From positions 272,018 through 336,017 of the forward strand of contig NMRA01000416.1 in NCBI GenBank assembly GCA_002633005.1: DNA of 64,000 nt, read 5' to 3'. Shown one piece after another: positions 25,394-38,245 of this stretch. Position numbers and translations under genes: made by a program. How positions within the stretch are numbered: the stretch's first letter is position 1; the number at the start of each line of letters is the position of its first letter. Below the pieces are notes generated by a model. It was not told where the DNA came from. It worked only from the letters and a program-made list of their open reading frames with translations, and did not search any database. The stretch is from Phoronis australis (Eukaryota; Animalia; Phoronida).

Positions 25394-26723
25394 AGGCGAA
25401 GGCTACCTTTTTCATGTCACTTTTAGCAGAAATAAGGTTCGTTGATAATCCCAGACACATTTTTTCACTTAATGAAAGCTTTTCGTAATTTGATTAATTT
25501 CTCGTCCTCTACTCCGGAAGTGACGTTTTTGGAGACAAGAGTTTCGCGCCAATTTCTTTTCATTATAGTCTGACTGTGAGAGCTGTCGAGTCAGTCATTG
25601 TTCTACCTCGTTTGCGATAAGTTCTGTCGTCGTTTGCTTTGGTTTACAAGTCAATCAACATGCCACGCTGTTGCTGCGTGCCGGGATGTACTCATTATCG
25701 TCTCACACCTGCTTTGGGTACCTTGCGTCGCTTTCCGAAGGATGACACATTTCGCCGTACTTGGCTAGCTCATTCATTTGAAGAACGCAGCGCCAACCGT
25801 CCACGCAACGTACAAAGCAATGGAGGGTTACCGAGTGTGTAGCAAGCATTTTCTGCCGTCAGATTATGACAGATATGTACGCTGAATTGATGAAGGTCCC
25901 TGCGAAACAACGCCTGAAGAAGGGTACCATACCGTCGCTGTTGATTCCCGGCAGTGCCCGTCGCCAACCCCGAGAAGTGCATTTTTGAAGCGAGAAGCCT
26001 CGCGAGCTCTGGCCACTATATACAGTGACTGAAGGCACTTCATCTACTGTTACCCGTGCCTCAGAACGTACCCCATTGCATGCAATTCCGGGAACTAGCA
26101 ATGATTCACCCCGTGCTGTTGTCTCTAGCCCAGAGCCTGTAAGCAGCCCTGCAGCGATGTCGAGTAGTGGGAGTGAATACAAGCCCAGTTCGACACCCAG
26201 TGAAGAGGACAGTTCGTCATCCAATGAACAGATCGATGAGCCTAAGTTTTATAAGTTTATTGTGGACGTGTATTGGAGCTATTTGGAAGGTGCCAGGTGT
26301 GTGGTGCGGGAGTCACACGGCGGGATGCAAGCAGTTTGGGTGCTCAGATCACCCTCCAGTGGGAATGTGTCGCGGGACACTCGGGCAAGTGGGACAGTTC
26401 TTCCTCTGTACGTGAGACGATAATTCGTACACCCCAGTACGCAGCAACAGCGTGGCATGTTGACTGACTCGTAAGCAAAAGCAAACGACGACCCAACTTA
26501 TCACAACCGAGGTACAACAATGATTGACTCGACTGCTCTCACAGTCAGACTATATGAAAAGAAATTGGCGCGAAATTCTTGCCTCCCAAAATGTCACTTC
26601 CGGAGTAGACGACGAGTAATTAATCAAATTACGAAAAGCAGTAAATAAGTGAAAAATATGTCTGGGATAATCAACGAACCTTATTTTTGCTAAAAATGAC
26701 ATGAAAAAAGGTTGCCTTCGCCT
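25394..26723 (+). mobile_element. Kolobok-type DNA transposon, internally deleted, with long (>200 bp) TIRs and TTAA TSD
   Basis: TTAA-AGGCGAAGG...CCTTCGCCT-TTAA; the two arms match over more than 200 bp; carries a THAP-transposase remnant. Confidence 0.85.
25660..26420 (+). pseudogene. Frameshifted THAP-domain transposase N-terminus
   Basis: MPRCCCVPGC..FPKD..RRTWL / YRVCSKHFLPSDY / RLKKGTIPSL (THAP C2CH), Ser-rich linker, then KFIV / ELFGRCQVCG...LQWECVAGHSGKWDSS zinc-ribbon-like segment; no catalytic DDE region. Confidence 0.8.
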
Positions 26724-28229
26724 TTAATTACCCGACCATAAACTGTATTAAACATCTCTGACTACATAATGGCGAATTTTCAAAGTGCATTAACCACTAA
26801 TTTTCGTTAAAAACGAACACCACGGCGGTATTCAGCTGGAAAAGAACAACCCAATACAGATTTCAGTTTTTAAAAATGAATGAACTTATAATCTAAAAAC
26901 TTCAACCGTTGAGTACGATTGAAGATAAACTACCGTGCGTATTGATAAACTCGGTGGATATCAGAGTTAATAATATCACATGGGTTCATTTTTTAATATT
27001 CTTTCAATCTCGTTTAATCAGATTTTTGACCACGAAACAATTGTACTTAACTTGTGCCCACTTTTCATTTTTTATTACTGACAAAGAGCTACATGTAGAG
27101 TAGTTATATAGTCAGTGCCACCAAAATTGTTCAGAGATTCCAAATCTTCAGTTTGGTTACCACCATATTTGCACTTCTTACAATTTGAGTTCTAATAAAG
27201 GTTAAAATTTAATGACACGTGAAATGTTTAGTGTACCTGTAACGTGGAAAGTTCAGGGATGGGTTCATAATGAACTTCACTAATTATGTTTCGCTGGCGA
27301 TCAAAATCTACCACTGTTTTGGTACTTCAAGTACAAAACTTAGATAAAAAGTTATCAACCAGTTCCCGGCAAGAAAAAAAAAACAAGTGGACAGAAATAT
27401 CAAAAATTGAATAACGAAAACGAATATGAAACATGTGGTTCCTTTGAGAAGTGCCCTTTTTGAAGATAAATACAAATTAACCCTTTAGTCATTTTGTAAT
27501 ATTTATAATGTACCAAGTTAAAACTACTCTCCAGAGTTGCAGGCTATAACTCTGTAAATGTCAGGGAAAACCAAAATGGGGGTACTAACAACAACCATTG
27601 TTGAGACAGTATTGCTAGCTATTACCTTTCCTCTTCATTAGCTCAGATCTACATCAATACAAAGGGCGTGCTGAATGGACATTGTAAAAGTTGTCTGGGC
27701 CTTAGGGAATTAGAGCGGTCATCAGTGAAAGAGAGGAATTCTCTTCATGTTAGAGAGGCAGATAAACGCGTTTTTACAGTGAGCAGAAAGCCCAGTGTTC
27801 AAAAGCGTTTTGTTTACACATTCAACTTACTAGCTGACATACATACTTAAACGGCGCCGCCTATAAATTGCACGAGTAAAAATAATCAAACCATTTCGAA
27901 ACTGCGATTTCTGCAAAGTGTCCATCTAAAGTGAACTAATACAATCAAGAGTACAAGCACGCAATCACACACAGATATACATGCAGTATTAACTTGGGGG
28001 GGGAGGTATTTCACTATTTTTGTGATGGTGCAGCTTCCATTAGCTAACTGAATCTCGAGTTATCATCCACTTTCCCCCATCTGTACAGGGAGATTCCACG
28101 AAAATATAAGTGTTTGTCGTAGCACAATGAAAAGGTGAAGTCTTTAAATTCTTTGAAAATGTATGCTTCTTCAGACCACTATACTGGGTAGTACACAAAC
28201 TTTGGTGTTCAGCTGTACGGGCTCCGCAG

Positions 28230-28384
28230 AAAAAAAAACTTGGGCGTGATCGTTACAACCGCTTGAACTTGAGACAAGTCCACGCAATAAGTAAAAATGG
28301 CCATTTAACAATGACACCCATAAAACTGGGCTCAACCCATTGTTCTGATCAAGAGTGGCTACTCCGCCATACCACTCAGGGCCC
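28230..28384 (-). mobile_element. Probable tRNA-derived SINE fragment
   Basis: Minus strand ggccctgagtggtatggcggagtag...atgggttgagcccag resembles A/B boxes; weak. Confidence 0.3.
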
Positions 28385-29472
28385 AGTACAACCAGCGCTC
28401 TGATCAGCGTATTTTACATGCACATTCTATGCGAGTACCCCCGGATCACAGTGACCTTTTGGCGGTAGCTCCCTCTAACGCTCAAAGAATGAGCCAGTCT
28501 CCCAAGAGCTACTAAGTATTCATCGTAATTTAATCGCCCACTATTGCGCAGCAGCAAACACAGCCCTTTATCAACACAGCTTGACTGCAGCCTTGTCATC
28601 CAGGTCGTGTACAAGAACGTTCCTTGTCAGGAGTGAATATACCTTCATCGTTTACGTGTTGTGACAGGTAAATGAACTGATTCTTTGGACAACTGTACCA
28701 GTATTCCTCATAATTGTACTAGACTACTAGGGCGTGTTTCATCATGGCGTTTAACGGTGGAAGAATCGAGGTCGCGAATACCACTTTGGGTTTATAGCTG
28801 TGTACTGTTGTAAAACCGGTCTCGTCTTGTTTCATTCCCGCTAAATTATTTGAAAGGGCTTCTAGGTTTGGGAAGAATTGAAAGAACGATATTGCATCAA
28901 ATATAAGGAATATTATCGTTTTTACGGTCGAACTGTTATTGGATGGCCTAGATCACTGATGTTGGACCAGAGCTGATCAAATTCTGAATGTTTTTGTGAT
29001 TTTTACTAATTGCCAATTCTCGCTGCACTTCTCTGCCAGTTAGGCATTCGCTGAAATCTATCTGAGTTGACATCCTGACCGGAGATAGATTAATGTGTAT
29101 GCTTATCGTGCTGTTTACCGTCGTCAGCCAGTACTGTTTTTTTTTTTACAACCGCGAGCCAAGTGTTCCACGTTCTATCCCGCGTTGGGGCTGTGGGAAA
29201 AAGATTTTTGCACACTGGGTTACGGATTTCGTTCTTTTGACTTCGAAGTGTTATGCACGACCGCCCAACGATCATTGTGAAACATATACTGCCGTCAAAG
29301 GGACCATTCGTACTTTCTCAAGACATTTTTACTTCAGTTGCAGCGTTATTTGAAAACACAGGGAAACCGTTTCTGTTATCGAGCTGTGTTTTTGTTCATG
29401 AGGAATGATCCGAAAAGTGTTGTTGTGCGGGGAAAGAAATAAACACTGTACATCCCTTGCCGCAAAACGTGC

Positions 29473-30614
29473 TCATGAGAAACTTGAACCGTTGCCGTTA
29501 GCATAGAACTCTAGAGATCGATCTATGGCATTGGAAAACGATCTGCCGGTAGTTCGCCTTAGAGGAGGATGACTGGTCTGAATCATCGATTGCTGATCTC
29601 GGATGGTATATAAATAGGCAGGTCTACTCAGTGGTATAAAAAACAGTGTGCCAATAAAAGCAGCTGTCATATTGTAAGCCTACTGCATCGATTGTATGTT
29701 GAGATTAGCTGTCGCCATATTGCTAAGGGGCTCGGTTACAGGCTAGTACCTTGAGAACGAGACTGCTCCACAACTCATGATTGGTCATAAAAAGTCATGT
29801 AACGAAGTGCCTTCAATAGGACACAGATTGGTCCCGTCATCGCTACCGACTTTTTCATTTCAGCGACATTCATGTCCGCTCAGTAACTCCAGTTCTTTTG
29901 TAAGGTTACCGCCGCTATGCTGGTGTTTTATTTCGAGCAGCAGTGCTGACAAGAACGTAATTCTCCTACACATTGTGCTCTTGACTTAGTCGGCTTGCGC
30001 GAGCTGCAGACCGGAACGAGGCTATATGCCTCTGAGAGAAATAATGTCTTAGAGTTTCCAATGGCGTAAACAAGTTGAAGTCAACGAACGTGGACGGCGC
30101 GGTGCAGAGTTTCTTCCGTCACACACGGGAGCTGAATTCCGTGGACGCAAGAAGGAAGCTAGTATAGATTGCACATTATCTCGCGATGTCTTCCGTGATC
30201 TTGCGTTTTCGCGTTCACGCGTCTACGAACGCACGCCGACGTTGAACGGGTACTGCGGTAAATTCAAATCTAGTGTAACTCAAAGCTTGGGCAATCTGGT
30301 AATTGGTTACCAGAACAACACCGTGTGATGAAACCCTACTCGAGACATAACAAAAGTCTTTCCGGTGGCTCCCTCCATACACTTCCACAATTCTCTATCG
30401 TTCCCCCGATACACATCCTAAGTATCATCTAGAAACGCCGCAAATTCAAAATACTCATCAGAAACAATGCCTGAAAGATAAATACTCACCACCGGCACGA
30501 ATTTGTGGAACGAACGCCTCTTGCAACCCCTCCAATTGGCGAAGCCTCACAGGGATTGTGATACGCGCAATAAATATTTTTGCCCAACCAAGATGCCTTT
30601 TTATCCTCTCCGAA
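29473..30614 (-). pseudogene. Candidate decayed multi-exon gene of unknown family
   Basis: Segments with AG/GT ends and phase-compatible joins (30490-30614, ~30311-30428, ~29750-29880, 29473-29623) give protein-like text with a few in-frame stops. Confidence 0.3.
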
Positions 30615-31398
30615 CTGGAAAGGGAACTTAAAATGGAGCAGTGGTAGCCTGTCATTCCGCCCGTGCTCCTGTGTAGTACACTCGTCTTATGTGCACAACC
30701 TCTGTGTATATCGTCGGTATGTTGGAATTGTACCGTATTTTCCTAAAGTTTGTGTCATTGTCATTCTAATCAGTTTGTGGAACTACTCTTTTACCGAAGT
30801 TTCTAAAAGCATGTTTACGAGGTCCGTAGCGCGGCATATCTTCAGCATTTGGTTATTCGACCGTGTTTTGTTGAATTTTGGACCTCTTTGACCGTTCTTG
30901 TTTTTCACACACTCCATGTCCTCCTGCATGTGCGCATAGCTTTGGGGATTTTGTACGAATTTTCTGTAACACCAAGAGTCTCATATTTTGCTGCAAGTGG
31001 TATAAAAAGGCATTACCCATGTTTGCAACTTATTGTTAGTTGTTCAAGTGATTGAACATTTGTGACATATCCGATTTGACAATTTATTTCCAGTCAGCAC
31101 CTCAAACCAAGCACTCTACTCTCTTGGAACCTCTTATACGGCTGCCAGCTACACCTAGCCACGTGACAATTTGCCGGGTAGAGTTCAGTAACGCAAGACT
31201 GTGCGACATCACATGAGATATTGCTCTGCATTGTAAATGAGAACACGTGATTTTGGCTAGATTTTTGCGAGGTCCTTGCGTTACTGAACTCTTCCCCTGT
31301 TCATACAAACTGTCATACTTCCTCTCCATGAAAATACCGTTTCGACACTAAACAGTGATACAAACTGAAAAATGAAAAAAAAATCAGCAACAAGTAAC

Positions 31399-31551
31399 TA
31401 GGGTTCGCCGGTTCCCTGCGTGCCGCTAGGTGGGGCTGGGCTGAGCACGCAGGGAACCAGCGAGCAACTAGGGCTCGCAGATTCCCCACGTGCCTAGCCA
31501 GCGCGTGCTGGCTACTGACCACCTAGCGGCACGCAGGGAACCAGCGAGCTA
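31399..31551. mobile_element. GC-rich palindromic MITE
   Basis: tagggttcgccggttccctgcgtgccgctaggtgg ... ccacctagcggcacgcagggaaccagcgagcta (inverted arms of ~33 bp, plus an internal partial copy). Confidence 0.65.
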
Positions 31552-31879
31552 TGACGGGAATAAAATGGCAGTAACGTGACTAAAATCCATCTCACGTCGA
31601 TAAGCGTACCGCAGTGTCGCGGACGCTTATGTTTTACCCGGCGCTTATTCCACACCGACGTTTATTCAAAACCCGACGCTTATTCAACAAGGCCAATTTT
31701 GCATATGGTGCTAACTTACTGTTGAATTCGACCTCATAAACAAATTGTTTGTTTGGCGAGTTTTTAAGAACAAACATTGTTTGGAACAGTGTTCGTCTCC
31801 GTTGAGATTCATACATGTATTCAGATGAGTGCGGATTTCAAACGCTCGCAACTCCTTTATTGATTAATTTCCACGCGTC

Positions 31880-33355
31880 ATTATGACTTACATACGTGTA
31901 AGTTAACAGTAGGCTTGACTGAATTATTTCATAACGTCAGTGGAACACGTCAAGGGTATATGTTGAGCCCATTTCTATTTGTAATGTACCTTGACGAGTT
32001 TGTTAATTATCTTACCAAAGAAAATGTCGATGGTATATTTATCAATGAGAATGTTTCCGAGCTCAGTGCCTTACTGTATGCAGATCATATGGTCGGCTGG
32101 GCTGAAACAGCCATAAAACTCCCTCGACACATAAATGTTTCGCATAAGTGCTTGTCAAAGACAAAAATTGTTGTTTTCGGGCGAGTTGGGCCATTGCGCA
32201 ATTACGAAAAATGGCAATTCGATGGTGAAAATATTAGGGTCCTCGTTTTAAAAATATCTCTGTGTATGTTTTAGCCCCTAACTTGTGTGGTCACAGGCTA
32301 CCGAGACATTGACTACTCTAGCAAAAACATCATTTTTTCAGGTTAAAAAGTTTCAGCGCAAATGTGATAATCTTCCACCAGCAGTTGTCTTTGACGTTTT
32401 TGACAAAAGGTTTTTTCCAATCCTCAGTTATGGCGCTGAAGTGTGGGGATTCAAAAACTATCGTTGTATAGAGAATGTTCACATTGTATTTTGTAAAAGT
32501 ATGCTGAATGTTGGCAAAAGCTGTAGTAATAGTGCTGTTTTGAGTGAGCTCTAGATATTCCCGCTTTTTGCCAAATTCTTTTTACCGTTCATCAAATATT
32601 GGCTTAAGTTATTAAAATTGCCGTCTTCGCGAAACCCTATATTGGTCTATAATATGCTTGTGAAATTACACTAGGAGGGAATATCTGCATGGACCACATC
32701 GGTTGAGGCGCTGTTAAACAGACATGGTTTTGGTTTAGTAAAGCTTGAGCAAGGAGTTTCGCGTGATGAATTCTTTTCTACAAGCCTTTGAACAAAGCAT
32801 TGGGATTACATTTTGCAAGAATGGGATGCAGACGTGCAAAACAGTTTAAAATTATGTACATACTCCCTCTCCAAAACGACATTTAATTTGGAAGCCTACA
32901 CGTTTCATTCAAAGTACCCCATTGCGCCATAGCTTCCTTTGCAAGGCTCCGATGTTCAAATCACAGACTGTTCGTCTAGGTGGGAAGACATATATATGTT
33001 GATTAATATCTAAGTATATGTTCTTTTTGTAAACAAAGCTCTGGTCAAATATTTGTAGAAGACGAATTTCACTTTATTTATGAATGTCCCTTCTACAATG
33101 ATCTGAGAATGAGATTGCTGCCTAAGTTATATTAGATAGACCAAACCAAGTGGTCGTTCCTCTTTGTGGTTAATGAGAATTTCTGATCCCCGTGTGCTGA
33201 AAATTTTGATAAAGTTTGTGTAACACGCTTCTTTACTCGGGAAAGAGCTTATGGATGCTTAAAATATAAGATGCGCGCGAATGCGTACTCTTGTATTGTA
33301 TTGTATAGGCGTTGTATATGTATAAGGCCGATGGCCTCGAATGCAAATAAATGAT
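31880..33355 (+). mobile_element. 5'-truncated non-LTR retrotransposon (RTE-X/L2-like), disrupted RT C-terminal half
   Basis: GTRQGYMLSPFLF, LLYADHMV (YADD variant), ILSYGAEVWG, C-terminal ICSFC...VEDEFHFIYECPFYNDLR, 3' aataaa tail; several frameshifts and stops. Confidence 0.9.
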
Positions 33356-36300
33356 CACTGTAGGCTCTCTCTACGGTCTCTGGTAGGCAGAGACTATCCA
33401 GTAAAATGGTGAATTGCGGCCAGAGTTGTTATTTTAACTAATCTTGCCTCACAGCCCCGGCGCTTATTTGAGACGCGACGCTTATTAAAGGACCGGTATT
33501 AAAGATCCATAATCTCATTAAATTGTGAATATGCAAATGAAGTACTACTTGACAAACAAGACGGGTCCTCCAGTGTTCCGGAAACCATCCGAGAACCATT
33601 TATCGTTACAATATCGCGAATGTCTCGTTTTGTGAGACTATTTTTATCAGTAAATGAGAATTGCAATTCTTCATCCTGGCGGACGAAGACCCGATGCCAG
33701 CCAAGAGAACAAAGAAGGCATGTAATTTCATTTTGGCATCGCCTTGGACAATATTCAGCATCGTGCCATTTTGTGTCTCTGGTAGTGCAAATTTAATGTA
33801 TTTGCACACACTTCTCGTTTACATTTCTTAGGACGACACAGGAATCCCCGGAAAACTCATTGTCGTTACACTAACGAAACAAGGCACAGTTTTTATTATT
33901 TTCAAATTTCACTATCAAATAACGATTGCGTGATATTTGGAATTACTAGGGATTTTCACATTTTGTTTTTAAGTGTACCAATTGTAGTGTTTTCTTTAAA
34001 GCCGTATTTTAATTTCAAATTGTTTCTTTTCCTGATTATACACGTACATACAGTTCTCCAGGAAGTTACTAGGTGGCGATTGCTACAGATTTTATTATTC
34101 ACGGTTTTAATAAGACATGGCATCTTTAATCGAAGCCATGTGATACATGTTATTAGCAAGCGTACAGGGAAACGTCTTACATTTCTTAATGTCAAAGGCT
34201 TTCTAAAAGAGCCCTTCAAAGTTATTCTTATGGTTTGACTCTATGTGTCTCATTTATGTAGGCTACTCTTTTGATTTAGAAATATTAAAATAATAGTATA
34301 CGCAACTCCTGCAGAACCTTTGGCGGCGCCAAAATGCTGCCAATGAGACGGCTTTTTGTTTTTAGAAATAGGCTTACAATGCCTAGGGCAGAAGATGATA
34401 GCGGGCCATTTAGAAGGTGAAGCATGGTTTGAGAAAGTTCGCCCCCTTTTGAAATTTGGATTCCAATAGTATAACCACGCAACTAGATTCAATGACTTAA
34501 TTATAAATTACAAAATCATCTAGTTTGTACGTTCTTGATGCATGCGGAAGATATAGTCTGCACTGAACTGTTGACCGATTGATGTTTGCCAAGGATAAAT
34601 TGACAAAGCACACTGACATGAACATGGATTAAAAAAGTGAAGGAGAGGTTGACACTTGAGCGATTCGCGTGTTTCTGCCGGACTGCTTTGGAGTTGAGGT
34701 TGGTCAAGACTGAAGGCCATCGCCAAGAAGGCCACTGCAGGGTTCTTGCCTATATTTTTGAACGCGAGTGGTTGAACCATTGAGATAAATTATAATTGCT
34801 TATTTAGGTTGAATCACCGAACGTCTTCACATGCAGACTAGATTCTTCTGCATACTGTGTGGGTCCCCGGTTGTTACTTCAATGCCAGACCCCACTAGGA
34901 GAAACCAAACATCTGCATTTCAAATTTGCGTTCAAAGCCCAAAGTTCAAATCCATAAACTTGTACAATATCATTCATACGTGGAAGTGTGGTAACAAGTC
35001 AGTAGACAAGTACTGTAATGTTATATGTCTGTGTGTGTGTGCAGTTTACGCCCGCCCGGTTTTAAATGGCACAAAAGAGTTCAAGATAACGCAACTGCAA
35101 ATAATATTAAATAGACGCATTGATAAAATATGATAGCAGTTAAGGTACTGTATTTTAAATGATAAAATATTTTTGTGTCATTCAATGCGATTTTAAAATT
35201 GTTTCCTGTTCGCCAAGTAACGCAATGATTGTTTCACATGCTCTCCCTATAAATATGCGTGGATTTACTGGAGAATCTTTGGGAAACACCCTCAGTTAGT
35301 GCATCATAGTTATCGTTGAATGCCGAATAGTGTTGGAATCAGTCGTCGCATGGGTTTGCTCAATCACGTTTTCCTAATGAAAAGTAGATATGACCAAGGC
35401 TGTAGCAATACATGGAGGGTTTCAAAAATGCAACATACACAACAGTACGGCAGCGTGGAATATTCAAGGAGATTTAACATACCGTAAGCCGTTATGTTCT
35501 CGAGCGTAGAATAATAGACACTCATGACTCATCTTGATTTCGCCAAAAGTAGAACGGAAAATGCCAAAAATAAGGCGATCTCTAGTACATTCCCTTTTTA
35601 AAGATGTATTTGAACACCTAAACCAACGTCATCGCTTTTTTCCTTAGCTTTAATTGAAACAACTATAAATCGCTTCCAGTAAGAAATATTCCTCCAACGA
35701 CCTCTAGTATACTTCCTTGGCGAATGAAACTAATCCAATGGGACTTGGTCTGAAGCCATAGCCACTTTTCAGCCGTTTCGAGGCTAGAAACCATCACTAA
35801 TCTGCGTAAGGAACAAGGCGAAATGGATTCTACAACAGCAAGTGGTCTAAATCAAAAGCTGTTTTGACTTAGACAACGGGCGCGGGTTTATTGTCCTTTC
35901 AATTGAGCATTCGGGCACTCACTGAATAAAGAACCAGTATTTTAGCTTTCAAATTCATGCAGGTGCATGTATGTTACTGAGCGCAGCGCACTAGTCTCTC
36001 TATGGATTGGCTACAGGTAACAATTAATAGGAAACCCTTTCCGACTGTAAATTGTCAGACTCCGCGCTCCTTTAGAAACACAAATTATAGACCTCTGCAT
36101 TAGAGATTTGAAGGATATAGTATTAGGTGCTGCTTTTGTGGGCTAATAATTAAACAACCAACTTTAAATATAAGTAGAAGTAACTGCTGTTTTCGAGTTC
36201 ATAACGAGCGAGGTTCGTCCACGTGTCAGGATGCACCACTGGAAATTAAAAATAATCACCATTCTGTATAAAAAATCATACCAGGGTTAAAGAGCACATA

Positions 36301-37558
36301 TTTAGAAAGAAGTGTTCACGAAAAGATTTTGTTAGGTTAACATTAGTTTTTAAAATGAATCTCCAGCAAATCTTCAAATTGAAGGAAGAGAGTAGGTGCG
36401 CGCTTCCTGGACTCAAAGTTGATGTGCCTGTTATCGTGGGACATATTTGATTTCAAAGGTGGCTTTTTGTTTTCTTGTTCTAGATTTTTTAGGAGAAAAA
36501 ATCACTCAAACTGATTTACGACACACCCTGGGCCCCGACCTCCAAAACTTCCTGAAATGCCTCAATTATAGGGGTGGCATGGCTATCCTTCCTTCCAAAA
36601 TTGTGGCTGGTCTCCCCCTGCAACGTCTTACGTCCGCCCGTCAACACTTGTAAATTTCCACTATTATATGGTATCAGGGGTAAACCCTCAGAAGCAGTAT
36701 AGTGTGAGAAGTACCTGCGCTCCGGCAAAGAAATGACGTTTGCATCAGAGTACTGTTGATCTCAACTTGTTCAGATGAGGAGTGGTTTCTGAATTCTAAG
36801 AAATGAGACTTCGTTTTGCTGAAGACCATTATCGACCGTCCTGACTAGCCAACTTGTGAATCATCCTAGCTTCGAGCCACAACGAACTGTCAGTCGTCGA
36901 CAGGATTGACAAAATAGGGTCGATTTCAGGTTCGCTGCTAAACAGTGTAACAGTTGCTTTGATAGAATTGAATTTACAAAACAGGGATACTTTTTAAGTA
37001 GTATAGATTTACAAAATAGGATTTAACTATATTTCAAACAAGACTGAATTTATTTAATAGAGTTGAATTTACAAAACAGGGTTGGTTTTCTTTTTTCAAA
37101 ACGTTTACCCTTTCCATCTCTCATACGTACATCGACCCACCGGATCGTCATTGTCGGATAGTGGATGGTCACGTGGTCTCCTGGCATGAACATTTTCTGT
37201 CCTGGTGTGATAAATTTTCGGTCCGGCGTGATAAACTGTAGGTCTTGGCGTGATAAATTCTGGTTTTGAGTTACTTTTTTGGTCCAGCAGAGATTGTAAC
37301 TCTTTAATAAAAAACATGTCTCCTAGATTTTTCCGATTAGGCTTTACGTACTTTTCGTAAGTTTAAGGGACATAAACCAAAAGTTATTTTTTTGACGAAA
37401 AGCGGGTTTGCAACCTCTACAAATCGTGTCTACACTTTGTTGTCCGTGAACAAAAAGAATTTCAGAATAATATACTAAATTAATTGATTGATGTTGTGTT
37501 GTGAAACCTACTTTACAATGAGATGACACTTTTGTTGTAGATAATTCTATTGAAGACC

Positions 37559-38245
37559 ATGCAACCAAACGCACAGACGAGGTCTGCGTACGCGGTTGCC
37601 GCAGCAAGAGGCTTGGCTATTACTCAACTCGTGCTCGGCGTGTTGTGTCTCATTTGCGGCATTGCTGCTATTGTGGTATATTGGAGGTGGGTGCATTTTT
37701 ACACCGGTTCCATGGAAGTCTGGATGCCCATTGCGTTTATTGTTTCCGGCATCCTGGGCATCGTGGCTGCTAGCCAATGCTCCACTGGCATCATTGTGGC
37801 GCACATGGTTATGTCGATCATTTCGGCCGTCTTTGCATTCAGCCTATTCGTCGACTCGTGCATCTATGCACGGATACTTATTACCCATATCCCCCTCGCC
37901 ATTCTGTCGTTCGCTGAGCTCGTCATCGCGATCATATCTGCTGCCTTCTGCTGCCGCGCCGTCTGCTGCCGCACTTCGTCCAGTGGAGGAGTCGTCGTCG
38001 CGGGCCAGCCACAAGGGGGCACTGTAGTTGTTACCAGCGGACAACCAGTTGTCTACGCTCAACAGCCAATGGTTTATCAACAACACTACGTTGCCCAGCC
38101 TGGCGTGCAATACGCTCCCCAGGTACAGTATCAACAGATGCCGCCTCAACAGATGCCGCCTCAACACTACCCACAAGCCACTGGACAGGCAACCGCTCCC
38201 ATGGAGACCAAACCTCCGGCGTACGCAACTCAGCCACAGTACTAG
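37559..38245 (+). CDS. CD20/MS4A-like four-transmembrane protein, paralog A (228 aa)
   Basis: Four hydrophobic helices with the invertebrate MS4A pattern (QLVLG..GI, W.PI.F..SGILG, MSIIS, E..IAIISAAFCCRAVCC), Gln/Pro/Tyr tail with PPAY; acceptor ttgtag| 18 nt before the ATG; GC-rich codon usage. Confidence 0.85.
   Translation: MQPNAQTRSAYAVAAARGLAITQLVLGVLCLICGIAAIVVYWRWVHFYTGSMEVWMPIAFIVSGILGIVAASQCSTGIIVAHMVMSIISAVFAFSLFVDSCIYARILITHIPLAILSFAELVIAIISAAFCCRAVCCRTSSSGGVVVAGQPQGGTVVVTSGQPVVYAQQPMVYQQHYVAQPGVQYAPQVQYQQMPPQQMPPQHYPQATGQATAPMETKPPAYATQPQY

Noticed and set aside
33930-34780. Cluster of 60-100-aa ORFs as a gene or viral insert
   Set aside because: No recognisable domain, no consistent splice structure, and AT-rich composition like the background
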